Shown here: piece after piece, positions 32,201-40,487 of the stretch
Layout: each line of letters starts with the position of its first letter
How positions within the stretch are numbered: the stretch's first letter is position 1
Virus record (IMG/VR): IMGVR_UViG_3300035544_000169
Origin: a virus
Taxonomy: Duplodnaviria; Heunggongvirae; Uroviricota; Caudoviricetes
Strand: one strand, 5' to 3'
DNA length: 64,000 bases
The notes under the pieces: model-generated
Seen by the model: only the letters and a program-made list of their open reading frames with translations
What the model was told of the DNA's origin: nothing
Database searches by the model: none
Program-made: the position numbers and the translations under genes

Positions 32201-33309
32201 CAGTATTTGAAACAATAGAATCAAATTCAGACTTTAAGGGCAAACTTGATGTCTGGGATACAAGGCAAATGACAAAATCAGAGCTTGAAAATTATGCAAC
32301 AAGGCTTTCTAAAGCTAAACTTACAAATGCAACTTATACAGGTATGATTAATAACCTGACAGATGAAATCAAAAGACTTGGTAAGGGTTATGCAACATCC
32401 GACAAAGAGCTTGTTAATTTTGCTTCTGGGCTTGGATTAATCACTCAGGAAGCTGTATCGGGTAAACACTCAATGACTAAAAAGTCCGGCTCATCAGTAT
32501 CAACAGACCAGATTATAAAATGGGTTAGAGAAGGTAAGTTCAGCAACTTTGAAGGCATGATGGACCTATCACCAGAAGAGATACAGGCGATGAACGATGT
32601 CCACTTTAGAATGAGAAAAGATGCAAATAATCCGCTTGAAAATGTGGCAAACAAGATATTTTTAAGTGAGAAAGTTGCAAGAGAAGTTAACGTTGCAGAT
32701 TATTCCATGATAAAAGATACAATGGTAGATAGTTTAGAAAAAGAAATGGCAAGTGTTTATACAACTGGCCCGGGCAGAAATATCTACAAGGGCAATCAAA
32801 ACTTATCAAAAAATGCTGGTCATATAGCTGAAAACGGAATCAACTATACAGGCAATGCAGCTTCGGAATTTTTAAAGGTAGCAAATACCAAAACTGCAGC
32901 AATTATGTCATCAGAAGTAGCACAGCATAAGGCTTTCGGTCCTATGGCGGCCGCAGGATTAGCTATAGGTGGAGCTATAATGGGTGCTGGAGCTGCAATG
33001 AGCACACAGCCTCTACCTATGGACTACATGAATAATCCGGCAATGAATGCCGTTTCTGGTGCAGGCTCAAGACAGCCCATGATGGATATGAACAGCATCC
33101 AGAATATAGTAAATAATCAGGGTATGGATATCATAATTAATGGAAACACAACAATAGATAAAGATGTAAACGAATTGGCAGGAGTTGTATCACAAAGCGT
33201 AGGTTCTGCAATGAATATACCGGTTAACATAAATGTCAACGCCAGTGATAATCGAGGTTCAATAAACCAAAGCTGGATAGAAGATAGAATTCTTGCTGCA
33301 CTTGAATAG
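26245..33309 (+). CDS. Single-chain two-barrel RNA polymerase (beta and beta' homology) with N-terminal DEDDh 3'-5' exonuclease; probably virion-packaged
   Basis: Exonuclease motifs GFDIES, GHNIENFD, HSAADD; beta motifs in order (NFGMYNSPGRDNMIQ, PGVNVSIA, ENQAIVSQSFA, GVTKLFLASEKVTVRNIVP, GVKVGPRHI); beta' motifs in order (HGQKYNRALSARFKGSGR, FRSPVIH, FGDSDGD, TQEAVSGKH). Confidence 0.88.
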   Translation: MYDFDNMPAVSSDYKEEMYNKYGLKVTNRVSDPQPSFLFQVSSQRKAKAKLDKAANKAVQYSHNFEEINAIYNDLGKIKNAMTENGVKRGTLDIFKDVNAVTYGRNPHRAIRNWQKAINTNSKIIGFDIESLGDMNEGNIFTPTEISFYSATMNGDELSKRALERSFIVAPNRASVDNINELFDKVQAFYENGRTPMLSDSERRTLGDLIKYSNGAEFVQKNSMTELGKASNMYKQFVTDGGQLKRLSSASSGKKMLALAREGLGNLQKYGKDASSVAQNLSYYLAEQNANSNAFFMGHNIENFDNIGLTKFMQANGFDNGFKPKQYIDTLDLANAFYSTPLDLQKLSSVDTGQLTRLNSGHLKMENLTKVMGFGNYTHSAADDTRKAFNVVSNLFFSQEGLDHINKNILSSGGDFSKNFNISSLKPGDELFSTAGAMDTGKGPLSFVTAFNDGKEVVDGSKFYISSHTKYRFVGSFRNKDSVGVKLQNAMTGENVYVNKSNEKELRQFIYSKFDNAAKYSNTDMQRMYMNTRNDIARSKFRQMTNNISFKNYKNLQATLKAYNLEKAQGRSLLNNELDEIFSYTDKSGSKIIRGNWKENYRRMRGRLTSDAPILDKLVKEVEALHGGDKENPNYWPVQKRHAAVVNAYQEMQKDFGKNKDIINLKSNKAYGIDLLGPDGRNTRISLARKSNARRDLRRLFNYTESTAGRNFKTADGFFIEVLDSVKDHASQYQKNMANKDYEGFMYRLDEIIRPMAKSQDNAFTQINALSDLLVDYRDKIPGLKKSVMEVEGLGARNAFTTQKMMDNVDTYLRKGLDYASGITINHGFAKGLSGGANNSVLTTVRALDEALQKNYMALGVKKEFVSNIPTMESSLNSTIRKFGTAFSSKGDIDLGFELFNTGTVEKPQVSMAIFKQGSDDVLTLDALKANKNAAIIDIPLVNADQYIHYGNQKKISPLALLYRDKFSAGADIKTGTSFSYMMHELNGEANSMIKAAQEGDFRRIEMIANGKIQKSLGYLSGSNKYVRDAEKMYSSTAEADFLKKGYVLFRGVFENQGEQVGLDGETLYPSKKFNMFADGSVQKMIKNKLGIDASLESTRGAHAVNQFFLSSIENRNFVNFGMYNSPGRDNMIQMRNKRTLSKKAIESIQDNINKAKGYSGLSMDPLLITQSEQFLRDTDNAFAKYPGVNVSIANVDELEGIEKLKNAFDKSDKYTMEGVFGKSPANFPSFWENQAIVSQSFADSLHSVNSYTKDYKLSDLDEGFINKVKRSLKDGGSGYRMGYMEQMGPDEIFKRVSRKDGVEHFITGFNINDGKISFKFEENFSTRAGVTKLFLASEKVTVRNIVPDEIMKAAFGEGVHVAGNINHAGHQGYGEVAEGLIKESINKINHSNIDRQIKQEAIQEVQDIVDRTFGLATTIKEEGKTGSGKFRLVINNNKAGFKHLMVAEGGIDQANLGLKNIDPRVANVVRNKGALSIKDLRTNLNNIKSFNLGLKDNILNLEAVLAQNSEDINFMSVGGYGKKGVKVGPRHIGVMMDKGYTEYARWLKDSVLEEAKQANRISSLPGTRGLNGALEGQSRAMELLARAARGEGAVPDGSRINEYTEVLEELSELREGGTQGQEKGLFSKSDLTKTVFDPEYRRRGKNGLYISLPEELEIEFGNEKTGRTRVKLNEIFLSDTAIEMSKKKNGEALYSLGEIGRAESDIFNAMREYNTAVQNSSQLAGDLSAREAKEKALRSMKTGIKNYYNAIFHQSTSSHGQKYNRALSARFKGSGRLNLQIMSPALEIADEVNRASGTTEEKISKVARKFDIDEKVIKKAYAGVKGAGYKGLDKSNAIYISRDRAKDMLKGLEKTDKKQFDNIMSGLEEGKGMPGMMFRSPVIHTESAIPVEYRIDDELDYDTVRISSTMAAAQFGDSDGDRVSFVMAYNKQGVRTNAKKMEEEVARVADEMRNTSYNSKGPWVKRNMVALEKDVTLGKKNYVDSVFETIESNSDFKGKLDVWDTRQMTKSELENYATRLSKAKLTNATYTGMINNLTDEIKRLGKGYATSDKELVNFASGLGLITQEAVSGKHSMTKKSGSSVSTDQIIKWVREGKFSNFEGMMDLSPEEIQAMNDVHFRMRKDANNPLENVANKIFLSEKVAREVNVADYSMIKDTMVDSLEKEMASVYTTGPGRNIYKGNQNLSKNAGHIAENGINYTGNAASEFLKVANTKTAAIMSSEVAQHKAFGPMAAAGLAIGGAIMGAGAAMSTQPLPMDYMNNPAMNAVSGAGSRQPMMDMNSIQNIVNNQGMDIIINGNTTIDKDVNELAGVVSQSVGSAMNIPVNINVNASDNRGSINQSWIEDRILAALE

Positions 33310-33320
33310 GGGTGTTTTTT

Positions 33321-36300
33321 ATGGCAAAGTACAATTACGCAACAACTAAAAATATAATAATGAAAGAAAATCTTCAGTCAAAGCCTGTTAAAGCAAAAGT
33401 CGTAAGAGTTCAGGATGGTGACACTATATATGTTACCAGTTCAGACCCTATATTTAAGGGTACTGAAAAAGAATTTGATGGCACTTATTCAATAAGACTC
33501 TCGGGTGTTCAGGCTCCCGAGGGCACATCTTTCTGGGATATGGAAGATGATAAGTCTGGCTTAAGAGATTATGATGATTATAGGTACACAGGTTATGAAG
33601 AAAAAGATGAGTTTTCTGAAGAGTCCTTTCTTTTTATGAAAGACTTACTTTTGGGTAAGGAAGTAATACTTGATTTAAGGACTAAAGAAAACGGGAGCTT
33701 GATAACAGGAAGGTTTTCACGGCCGATAGCAATTATCTTTGCTAAAATGGGAGAAGAATATGTAAATGCCAACGTTTCTCTTTTAACAAACTCTCTCGGG
33801 ACACCTTATTATGTTGAAGCTATGAACTTAAGTGACAGCGAGAAAAAAGAGTGGTCTAACCTATCTATTATAGCAGATATGCTGAAGATGGAAGAAGAAA
33901 CAGAAAAGATTGAAGAGGACTTAGATGAGTTTGTAGGTTCTTTTGACCCTGAAACAAACATCAAAATAGGTGACAGCATTCTTCCGATACCTCCTGAAGC
34001 TATTGTGGTAAACGACATAAATGAAGTCAATCCAACATCAGTCATTCGTGGTGGAAGCACTTTAATGTCCTCAACAGGCCACAGGCAAAAACAGGTACAG
34101 ATGGAGTTTTATTTCGACAGCAACAAAAGAACAAAAGAACTTATAAAGGGAAGAACCTATGAAGGTGACCAGATTAACGGCTTTCCTAAATTAGCTGCCG
34201 GTAAAAGCGCAGTTATCATGCAGGATGGAGAGGAATTTAGACCAGTATATTACATAAACGGATTGAGGCCTTTAATGGCCCAATTTAAATTGACACCTTT
34301 TTTACCTATAGAAAATGAATACCTAAACAAAACTCATGATATCTCAGCTTTAACACTTCAAAACCTATCAATCAGTAATGTTGAGGGATTTCCGGGACTT
34401 GTTAAGGCTACATTAATAGCACTGGAGTTTAATCATGAAGCTTACATAAATATGGTTGGACCTTTTAAAGATGTCTTCGACTGGGGTTTATTTAGATTTT
34501 ACTACCAGAGACTTATAGATGGTACCGGAATAAAGCATAGGGGTACAAAACTACCCTTTTACCAGAGAGACGGAGAGGATTTTTCCTTCTTTACAGTAGA
34601 TAGCTGGTCCTTACAGAAAAGAGAAAACCTTGAAGCTTCACTGGAAGATGTCTTAAGAGAATACCAGATAGACCTTGAAGAAGGCAGTACAGAATACGAA
34701 AAGCTAGTCTTTGAATATGAGGTGTTTACAGAAGCTCTGGAACAGTATGAACTTTTTAATGAGCTAAAGGGAAGTTATAACCTTAATAATGAGGATTCAA
34801 AAAAAGAGCTTTACCTAGAATACATAAGAAAAATTGCTGACAAACAGGAAAGAAGAAATGACAGCTTCAACGATGGGCTCTATTATGAGCCTAATATCCA
34901 CAACGAGCTTGATTTCTTGGAAAATGGAAGACTTAGCCGCTACGATAATCTAATTGAAGACCTTGTTAAAATTGAAGGCTATGATGGTGACTATTTCGAT
35001 ATAGCTTTAAGAAGCGAGAAAAATAAAGAATTTTTAATCAACTACTTAAAGCAAAAAGAAGAAGATAATTTAATACCAACAGAACTCGATTTAGTTAAGT
35101 CAACTGAAAAAGAAATCGAGAGGATAAAAGAGGCTAATTCTTTTAATATTAAAATCTCAAGAGACAGCTTTTTATATATCAAAGACAGAGTAATAGCCGG
35201 TGGTAAAGACCTCTTAAAAGAAAGAGAAGAAGCTGTATCTATGACCGACAATCAGATGGATGATTACGAGTGGAACAAACATTATTACAGCGACCTTCAT
35301 TTAAACCAAATAAATGTATCGATGTCAAACGGCGTAAATACCGTAAAGTTAAATATGCACACAAAACCAACTCATCAGTATTTAGGCTCAAAAGATATAG
35401 TTATTTCAACTAGCTTTGTCACAGATAACGAACATACATTAGAGAGCATTAACTTTCTTGCATCTCATACTAGTGCTATGGAGCTTAGATACAAAAAAGT
35501 TTTAGATAATCCGGTAATGAAAGTCCAAAACAATATAGTTGATATGTTTGGATTAGATGGTGCTTATATTAAAAATATAGAGACAAATACTGTACCTTCT
35601 ATGCCGGGATTATTCCAAATTGAGATTTCATTTTTCGGCTATATTGGTGCGCCAGGAGACAAAGACTCTCTATCACTTCAGTACCGTTCGGAGCTTGGTG
35701 TCGACGGAAAAATGGGTCACGATAATTTAACAGACTATTTCAATATGAAAGAGAGACTTAAATACATCAACCTTTATCCGGACCTTGAGCTTCCTAGATA
35801 TTCAGAGCTTCCATTAAGGCACGAACTATTTGATGCTAATGATGACAGCTTTGTAGACCCTGATTTTTATGCTCTTGATGTGCCAAAAGTATTTTCAGAA
35901 GATGTAATCAGGGCTTTATATGATGAAGATGATGCAGTAATTATCGGTAGAGACACAGAGGGTAATGCTGTTAGAGCTTTAGTTGATGATAAAGGTAATA
36001 TAAATTTAATTGACTCTAATATTCAAAGCGAATACAAAAGAGATTCCAAGCCAACACTTGCAGATATAGCATACGAAAAAGGAGATGTAGGCTACAATGA
36101 GTTAAGCGAGTTTATGGATAATAGAAGTTTGGATAGAAGCAACATGTCTTTTGTATCAGACAAAGAGCTTAAAAGCTACCTTGCCTCTGAAGATAAAATG
36201 GTAAGTAATGTTAAACATAAAAAAATAAAGATTAGTGACTTCTGGGAGTCATATGTTATTAAATGGCTTGATAGCACTGTTCAGAAAGATATTAGTGAAA

Positions 36301-39300
36301 TAGAAAGAATAATTGCAGCAGGTTTTATTGTAGGAAACTGGGATAAGGACTACATAGATGATGACTACCTGGAGTTTCCAAAGAAAAGCCTTTACAGAAA
36401 CAGCAGTGGAGAATTGGTAGATGAACTATCTGAAGCTAGCTATTATGGTGTTTTAAATTTAAATGGAGATAATTTAAACCAAGATGTTAAGAAAAAAATA
36501 GCTTCTAATTACAGGGCCAGTATACTAAAGTATGAGCTTGAATCTGGAAAAATATATGACATATTAAAAGAAAAATCTCCACAAATAAACTTTGACAGAA
36601 TCGAAGGCACAGGTGTAAGCAATCTTTATGAGAACTATTCTAAAAGAGAAAGTGTTGACTATATGTTCAAGATGCTTTCATACTTTTTAGTTAAAGGCAT
36701 CTCACTAAATGATATATCTAATTACGAAGGAGGTTATCCTGAGTCTGCAAATAATGTCAAGGAAGCATATTTAGGATTTGAAAAATCAGCTAAAAATATT
36801 ATAGGCTCTAAGGGTATTTATATAAACCCTACAGAAATGATTGATATGCTACCTAACTTTGCGATGTTAATTAAAAAATCTCTAGAATCTATTAACGGAG
36901 ATAATTTTGTTTTAACATCTGAAGGAACATACATGCAGTCAAGAAGAGAAGATGTTAGGTTTGCAAGTTCGTTCAACGACATGCTTGAGTATGACAGAAA
37001 AGGAAGGTTAATCAGAGCTTTTCCATCCTATTACATGCTCCTGATTGATGAGGGTAGAGAGTTTATGTTCTGGAAAATGCAGGATTTATTCTACCACTAC
37101 AATGGTGTACAGAGTATAGATGTTGTCAGAGATAAGAAGAACATATCAGATACATGTATGATTACAATGTCAAACTCAAAGGGCAGATTATCAGATGCTT
37201 CTGGTGGTTACAGAAATAAATACTATCAGGAAAAAGGAGTAATGGAGACTTTATGGTCTTTAACACCTTTTGCTGAATTTGAGTGGGAAAAAGCTAAGAG
37301 AAACTCAGAGTTTGAAAGCGTACAGCTTGCAACAGGTGCCAGGCTTCATTTAAGAATGGGCTATGGTTCAACACCAGATAAGCTTCCAACTGTATTCAAC
37401 GGAACTATAACAGAGCTTCAGCTTGGTGATACTATAACCTTTGTAGCTCAAAATGACGGCATAGAGTTAAACAAACCAATACCAGCATCTCCCAACGAAA
37501 AGACTGATTTTGACATATTTGGACAGCTAGATGAACCAAGAACTATAATCAGCAAGATAGTAGGAGATAGAGGCAACTTATGGTCTAGGTTTATGAATAA
37601 CATTTCAGGTAACTTACTCTATAATGAGAGTGCTTACGGAATACAGCATTTTGGAGAGCCCAAAAGGCCTAAGTGGTGGGATGAGAGTCAGTATTTAACA
37701 AAAAGACATCCAATAACTGATATATATATAAATCAAAACTCAAGGTCTAGCGACAAGATGGAAAGAGCAGTCAGGGATGAAGAAAGAACTTATGAGGTTA
37801 CACAGAACATAAACTCATCTCTTTATGAAAACAAAGACTTCTCTATGTATCTCTATGGTAAGACAGTATGGGATGTTTTGGAAACATGTGCTCTTGTAGC
37901 ACCTAACTATATAGCAGCAGTCCACCCATTTGCTTTTAGAAATACAATCTTTTTTGGCCACCCAAACTTTGATTTGGCTTATGACTATGAAGCTGAAATG
38001 GATGAAAAGGGCAACTATATCAGGGAAGAATCTAAAGAGGAAGAAGTTGAGCTTTCGTTTACAGGTAACGGAACTAGAAAAACCTTTGAACTAAGAATGA
38101 ATATAATTGAAGGAAGTCTTGAAGTTAGGGATGGAGACAAAAAAATAACAGATAATATCGACAAGATTGACCATAGATTAGGTCGTGTTATTTTCAGTAC
38201 CCCTCCAAAAGACGATGTAAAAAATGTAATTTTTACCTTCAAAACCTTGGTTCGAGGAAAGATAGAGCCGTTAAATGTTAGAGAAAAGTTAAAATCTTAC
38301 AGGCAGAACCATTTCTATTCAAGCTATTATGACATAATAGCAAATAATATTAGAGCTACAGAAAAGAATATGTACACAGCAGTTAAGCCTGTCCTTTCAA
38401 AAGACGGAATCTATAAAGAGCTTGATGAGATGTTTGTAGACACAGATATTTTTCCTGATAGACAGAGGTTAAAAAAGATAGATACTTCAATACCAACCCC
38501 TGATTTTGTCAAGAAATTTACAAACACCTTTCAGGTTACACCAGAAAACGCTGAGATAAATGCAAGAAGGTATGGGGCTGGAGCCTTAAAACAGGCAGTA
38601 GAGAATATGTACGACGGAGAGATAGTAGTTACAGGAGACCCTTCTGTTAAACCATATGATTATGGATACCTAGCAGATGTAAGAGATAGAATTTCAGGAA
38701 CCTTTGAAGTCTCATCAGTTGTCCACAGCTTAAATGATACAACTGGTTTTGTAACATCAATCAATCCATCACCGGTAGTTTCTGTAAATGAGGGCCTTCA
38801 ATACGACAAGGATTTTTGGAAGTGGACAAACTCCAAGTTCTCAAGTCTTTATGCTAACAGTGTTGTAGCAAGGCTTTCGACATACACAGCTTTAGCAAGC
38901 CTGAAAAGCGTTCTAGAATCACTAAAGATAACAAGTGCAGCTGGCTCACTTCTCCCGGCAACAAATGCCGGTATGGCAGCTACTAAATACCTTGACGTAA
39001 CAACAGACGCTTTAAAGCATTCAAATCTTGGTTACCTTCCATTTCTTTTAGGAAAAAATGTTTTAGAAAGAATAAAGGACCTCGGAACAAAAACAGATAA
39101 GTTTGTTATTTGGGTTTCAAGATTTTTAGATAATGCAAATAAAATGAGCGACATATCCAAGCTTGGTGGAAAAGGGCTTAAGAACGTAGACTCTTTGAGG
39201 AAGATGATGATTTCAGGTAAGTTTTCCAGCAGGGCACAAAAGATAAGTGACGGATTAAATGATTTCAGAAACGGTTATGTAAGAATGGGAGAATACCTAA

Positions 39301-40487
39301 AAACTGCATCTAGAAATGCTGACGATTTTCCCGGATTTATGAATGATATGAGAAAGTACAGCAAGCTCAGAAAATCCGGAATGAAGGTCGGAGATATACT
39401 TGACGATGTCAGGGTTTTTAGAAGGCTAACAACTTACGGACTTTCAAATGCCAAAGATGTAGCTAAGATACTGTCAGGCCCAATGTTCTTTCTCGTGACT
39501 GAGGTTGTGGAATTTGTAATAGTAAGCCACATCATGAAGTTTCTAAAAAATATGAGGGCTAATAGAGAAGTTCTTACAATAATGCCACTCAAAAGAGATG
39601 GCAAAGAATTTACGGCAGGACTTGAAGGACACAAGGGCTGTATCATAGGTGACGACCCAAGCAAGATGGATAAGTTCTGGGACAGCAGTATAATAAACTT
39701 CTTCATCGGAAAGTCAGAAGAGTCAATCAGTAAAGATGAGATGAGGCAGTACATGATTGACAATAGTGAGAGAATCACAAACTCTGCAAGCCTTTATGGT
39801 TCCAAACAAAATAGTGAAATGACAAGAAAAGTTATGGGAGTAACAAATATAGATGATGTTAAGGGAATCTATAAAGACTCGTACAACTTAAATTTCACTA
39901 AAGAAATTGAAGAAGAGGCCAAAGAAGAAGCTAAGAAAAGAGAAGTAGAAGATGCCGTTCATGTAGATAAGAAAAATAAAGACGAGGGAAAGAAAAAGAC
40001 TCAGGAGCTTAAGTCAATATACGATATCAAAGAAGATAGCAGAATTGGATGGTCCATGAAAGCTTCTCTTTTTGTAAAAGACAATCCTGATATTCTAGCA
40101 GATTACAAGGGGCACAAAGTTCACCCTAAAATAATAACACTTTTTGAATCTGTAAAAAGGTCTTTAGGCTCTACTAATGTAATAGCTCTAGTAGATGGAA
40201 AATCTTTCGGCTCCTATAATGAGGATAAAATCCTCTATGATAATGGACTTGCAATCAGATTTGAGCCAAGAACCGGAGAGATGGATATCAATGATACAGT
40301 AAAGATAATTAAGGAAGCAGCAGTTAACGGATTCGGAACAGTAAAGGTATTTAAAGACAACTCTGTTCAGGTTGATTTATTTCCTTTATTTGATAGTAAA
40401 AAGCTAAAAAGCAACACTTATAACAAAGCATTTGGAAGTGCCAAAAACACTGTCAACAATACTATTGACGACTGTTACGGAAGTTGA
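33321..40487 (+). CDS. Giant baseplate hub polyprotein: SNase, tube/Dit-like domains, gp27/gpD-like hub, amphipathic region, degenerate M15 peptidase fold
   Basis: VVRVQDGDT..IRLSGVQAPE; SIDVVRDKKNISDTCMITMSN..ARLHLRMGYG..VFNGTITE..TFVAQNDGIEL; YDGEIVVTGDPSVKPYD..SVVHSL; ATG at 33321 with SD AGGGGTG preferred over GTG at 33312. Confidence 0.78.
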   Translation: MAKYNYATTKNIIMKENLQSKPVKAKVVRVQDGDTIYVTSSDPIFKGTEKEFDGTYSIRLSGVQAPEGTSFWDMEDDKSGLRDYDDYRYTGYEEKDEFSEESFLFMKDLLLGKEVILDLRTKENGSLITGRFSRPIAIIFAKMGEEYVNANVSLLTNSLGTPYYVEAMNLSDSEKKEWSNLSIIADMLKMEEETEKIEEDLDEFVGSFDPETNIKIGDSILPIPPEAIVVNDINEVNPTSVIRGGSTLMSSTGHRQKQVQMEFYFDSNKRTKELIKGRTYEGDQINGFPKLAAGKSAVIMQDGEEFRPVYYINGLRPLMAQFKLTPFLPIENEYLNKTHDISALTLQNLSISNVEGFPGLVKATLIALEFNHEAYINMVGPFKDVFDWGLFRFYYQRLIDGTGIKHRGTKLPFYQRDGEDFSFFTVDSWSLQKRENLEASLEDVLREYQIDLEEGSTEYEKLVFEYEVFTEALEQYELFNELKGSYNLNNEDSKKELYLEYIRKIADKQERRNDSFNDGLYYEPNIHNELDFLENGRLSRYDNLIEDLVKIEGYDGDYFDIALRSEKNKEFLINYLKQKEEDNLIPTELDLVKSTEKEIERIKEANSFNIKISRDSFLYIKDRVIAGGKDLLKEREEAVSMTDNQMDDYEWNKHYYSDLHLNQINVSMSNGVNTVKLNMHTKPTHQYLGSKDIVISTSFVTDNEHTLESINFLASHTSAMELRYKKVLDNPVMKVQNNIVDMFGLDGAYIKNIETNTVPSMPGLFQIEISFFGYIGAPGDKDSLSLQYRSELGVDGKMGHDNLTDYFNMKERLKYINLYPDLELPRYSELPLRHELFDANDDSFVDPDFYALDVPKVFSEDVIRALYDEDDAVIIGRDTEGNAVRALVDDKGNINLIDSNIQSEYKRDSKPTLADIAYEKGDVGYNELSEFMDNRSLDRSNMSFVSDKELKSYLASEDKMVSNVKHKKIKISDFWESYVIKWLDSTVQKDISEIERIIAAGFIVGNWDKDYIDDDYLEFPKKSLYRNSSGELVDELSEASYYGVLNLNGDNLNQDVKKKIASNYRASILKYELESGKIYDILKEKSPQINFDRIEGTGVSNLYENYSKRESVDYMFKMLSYFLVKGISLNDISNYEGGYPESANNVKEAYLGFEKSAKNIIGSKGIYINPTEMIDMLPNFAMLIKKSLESINGDNFVLTSEGTYMQSRREDVRFASSFNDMLEYDRKGRLIRAFPSYYMLLIDEGREFMFWKMQDLFYHYNGVQSIDVVRDKKNISDTCMITMSNSKGRLSDASGGYRNKYYQEKGVMETLWSLTPFAEFEWEKAKRNSEFESVQLATGARLHLRMGYGSTPDKLPTVFNGTITELQLGDTITFVAQNDGIELNKPIPASPNEKTDFDIFGQLDEPRTIISKIVGDRGNLWSRFMNNISGNLLYNESAYGIQHFGEPKRPKWWDESQYLTKRHPITDIYINQNSRSSDKMERAVRDEERTYEVTQNINSSLYENKDFSMYLYGKTVWDVLETCALVAPNYIAAVHPFAFRNTIFFGHPNFDLAYDYEAEMDEKGNYIREESKEEEVELSFTGNGTRKTFELRMNIIEGSLEVRDGDKKITDNIDKIDHRLGRVIFSTPPKDDVKNVIFTFKTLVRGKIEPLNVREKLKSYRQNHFYSSYYDIIANNIRATEKNMYTAVKPVLSKDGIYKELDEMFVDTDIFPDRQRLKKIDTSIPTPDFVKKFTNTFQVTPENAEINARRYGAGALKQAVENMYDGEIVVTGDPSVKPYDYGYLADVRDRISGTFEVSSVVHSLNDTTGFVTSINPSPVVSVNEGLQYDKDFWKWTNSKFSSLYANSVVARLSTYTALASLKSVLESLKITSAAGSLLPATNAGMAATKYLDVTTDALKHSNLGYLPFLLGKNVLERIKDLGTKTDKFVIWVSRFLDNANKMSDISKLGGKGLKNVDSLRKMMISGKFSSRAQKISDGLNDFRNGYVRMGEYLKTASRNADDFPGFMNDMRKYSKLRKSGMKVGDILDDVRVFRRLTTYGLSNAKDVAKILSGPMFFLVTEVVEFVIVSHIMKFLKNMRANREVLTIMPLKRDGKEFTAGLEGHKGCIIGDDPSKMDKFWDSSIINFFIGKSEESISKDEMRQYMIDNSERITNSASLYGSKQNSEMTRKVMGVTNIDDVKGIYKDSYNLNFTKEIEEEAKEEAKKREVEDAVHVDKKNKDEGKKKTQELKSIYDIKEDSRIGWSMKASLFVKDNPDILADYKGHKVHPKIITLFESVKRSLGSTNVIALVDGKSFGSYNEDKILYDNGLAIRFEPRTGEMDINDTVKIIKEAAVNGFGTVKVFKDNSVQVDLFPLFDSKKLKSNTYNKAFGSAKNTVNNTIDDCYGS

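Noticed and set aside
20416-40487. Inteins or introns explaining the giant ORF sizes
   Set aside because: No Hint splice-junction or homing endonuclease motifs seen; the ORFs are uninterrupted
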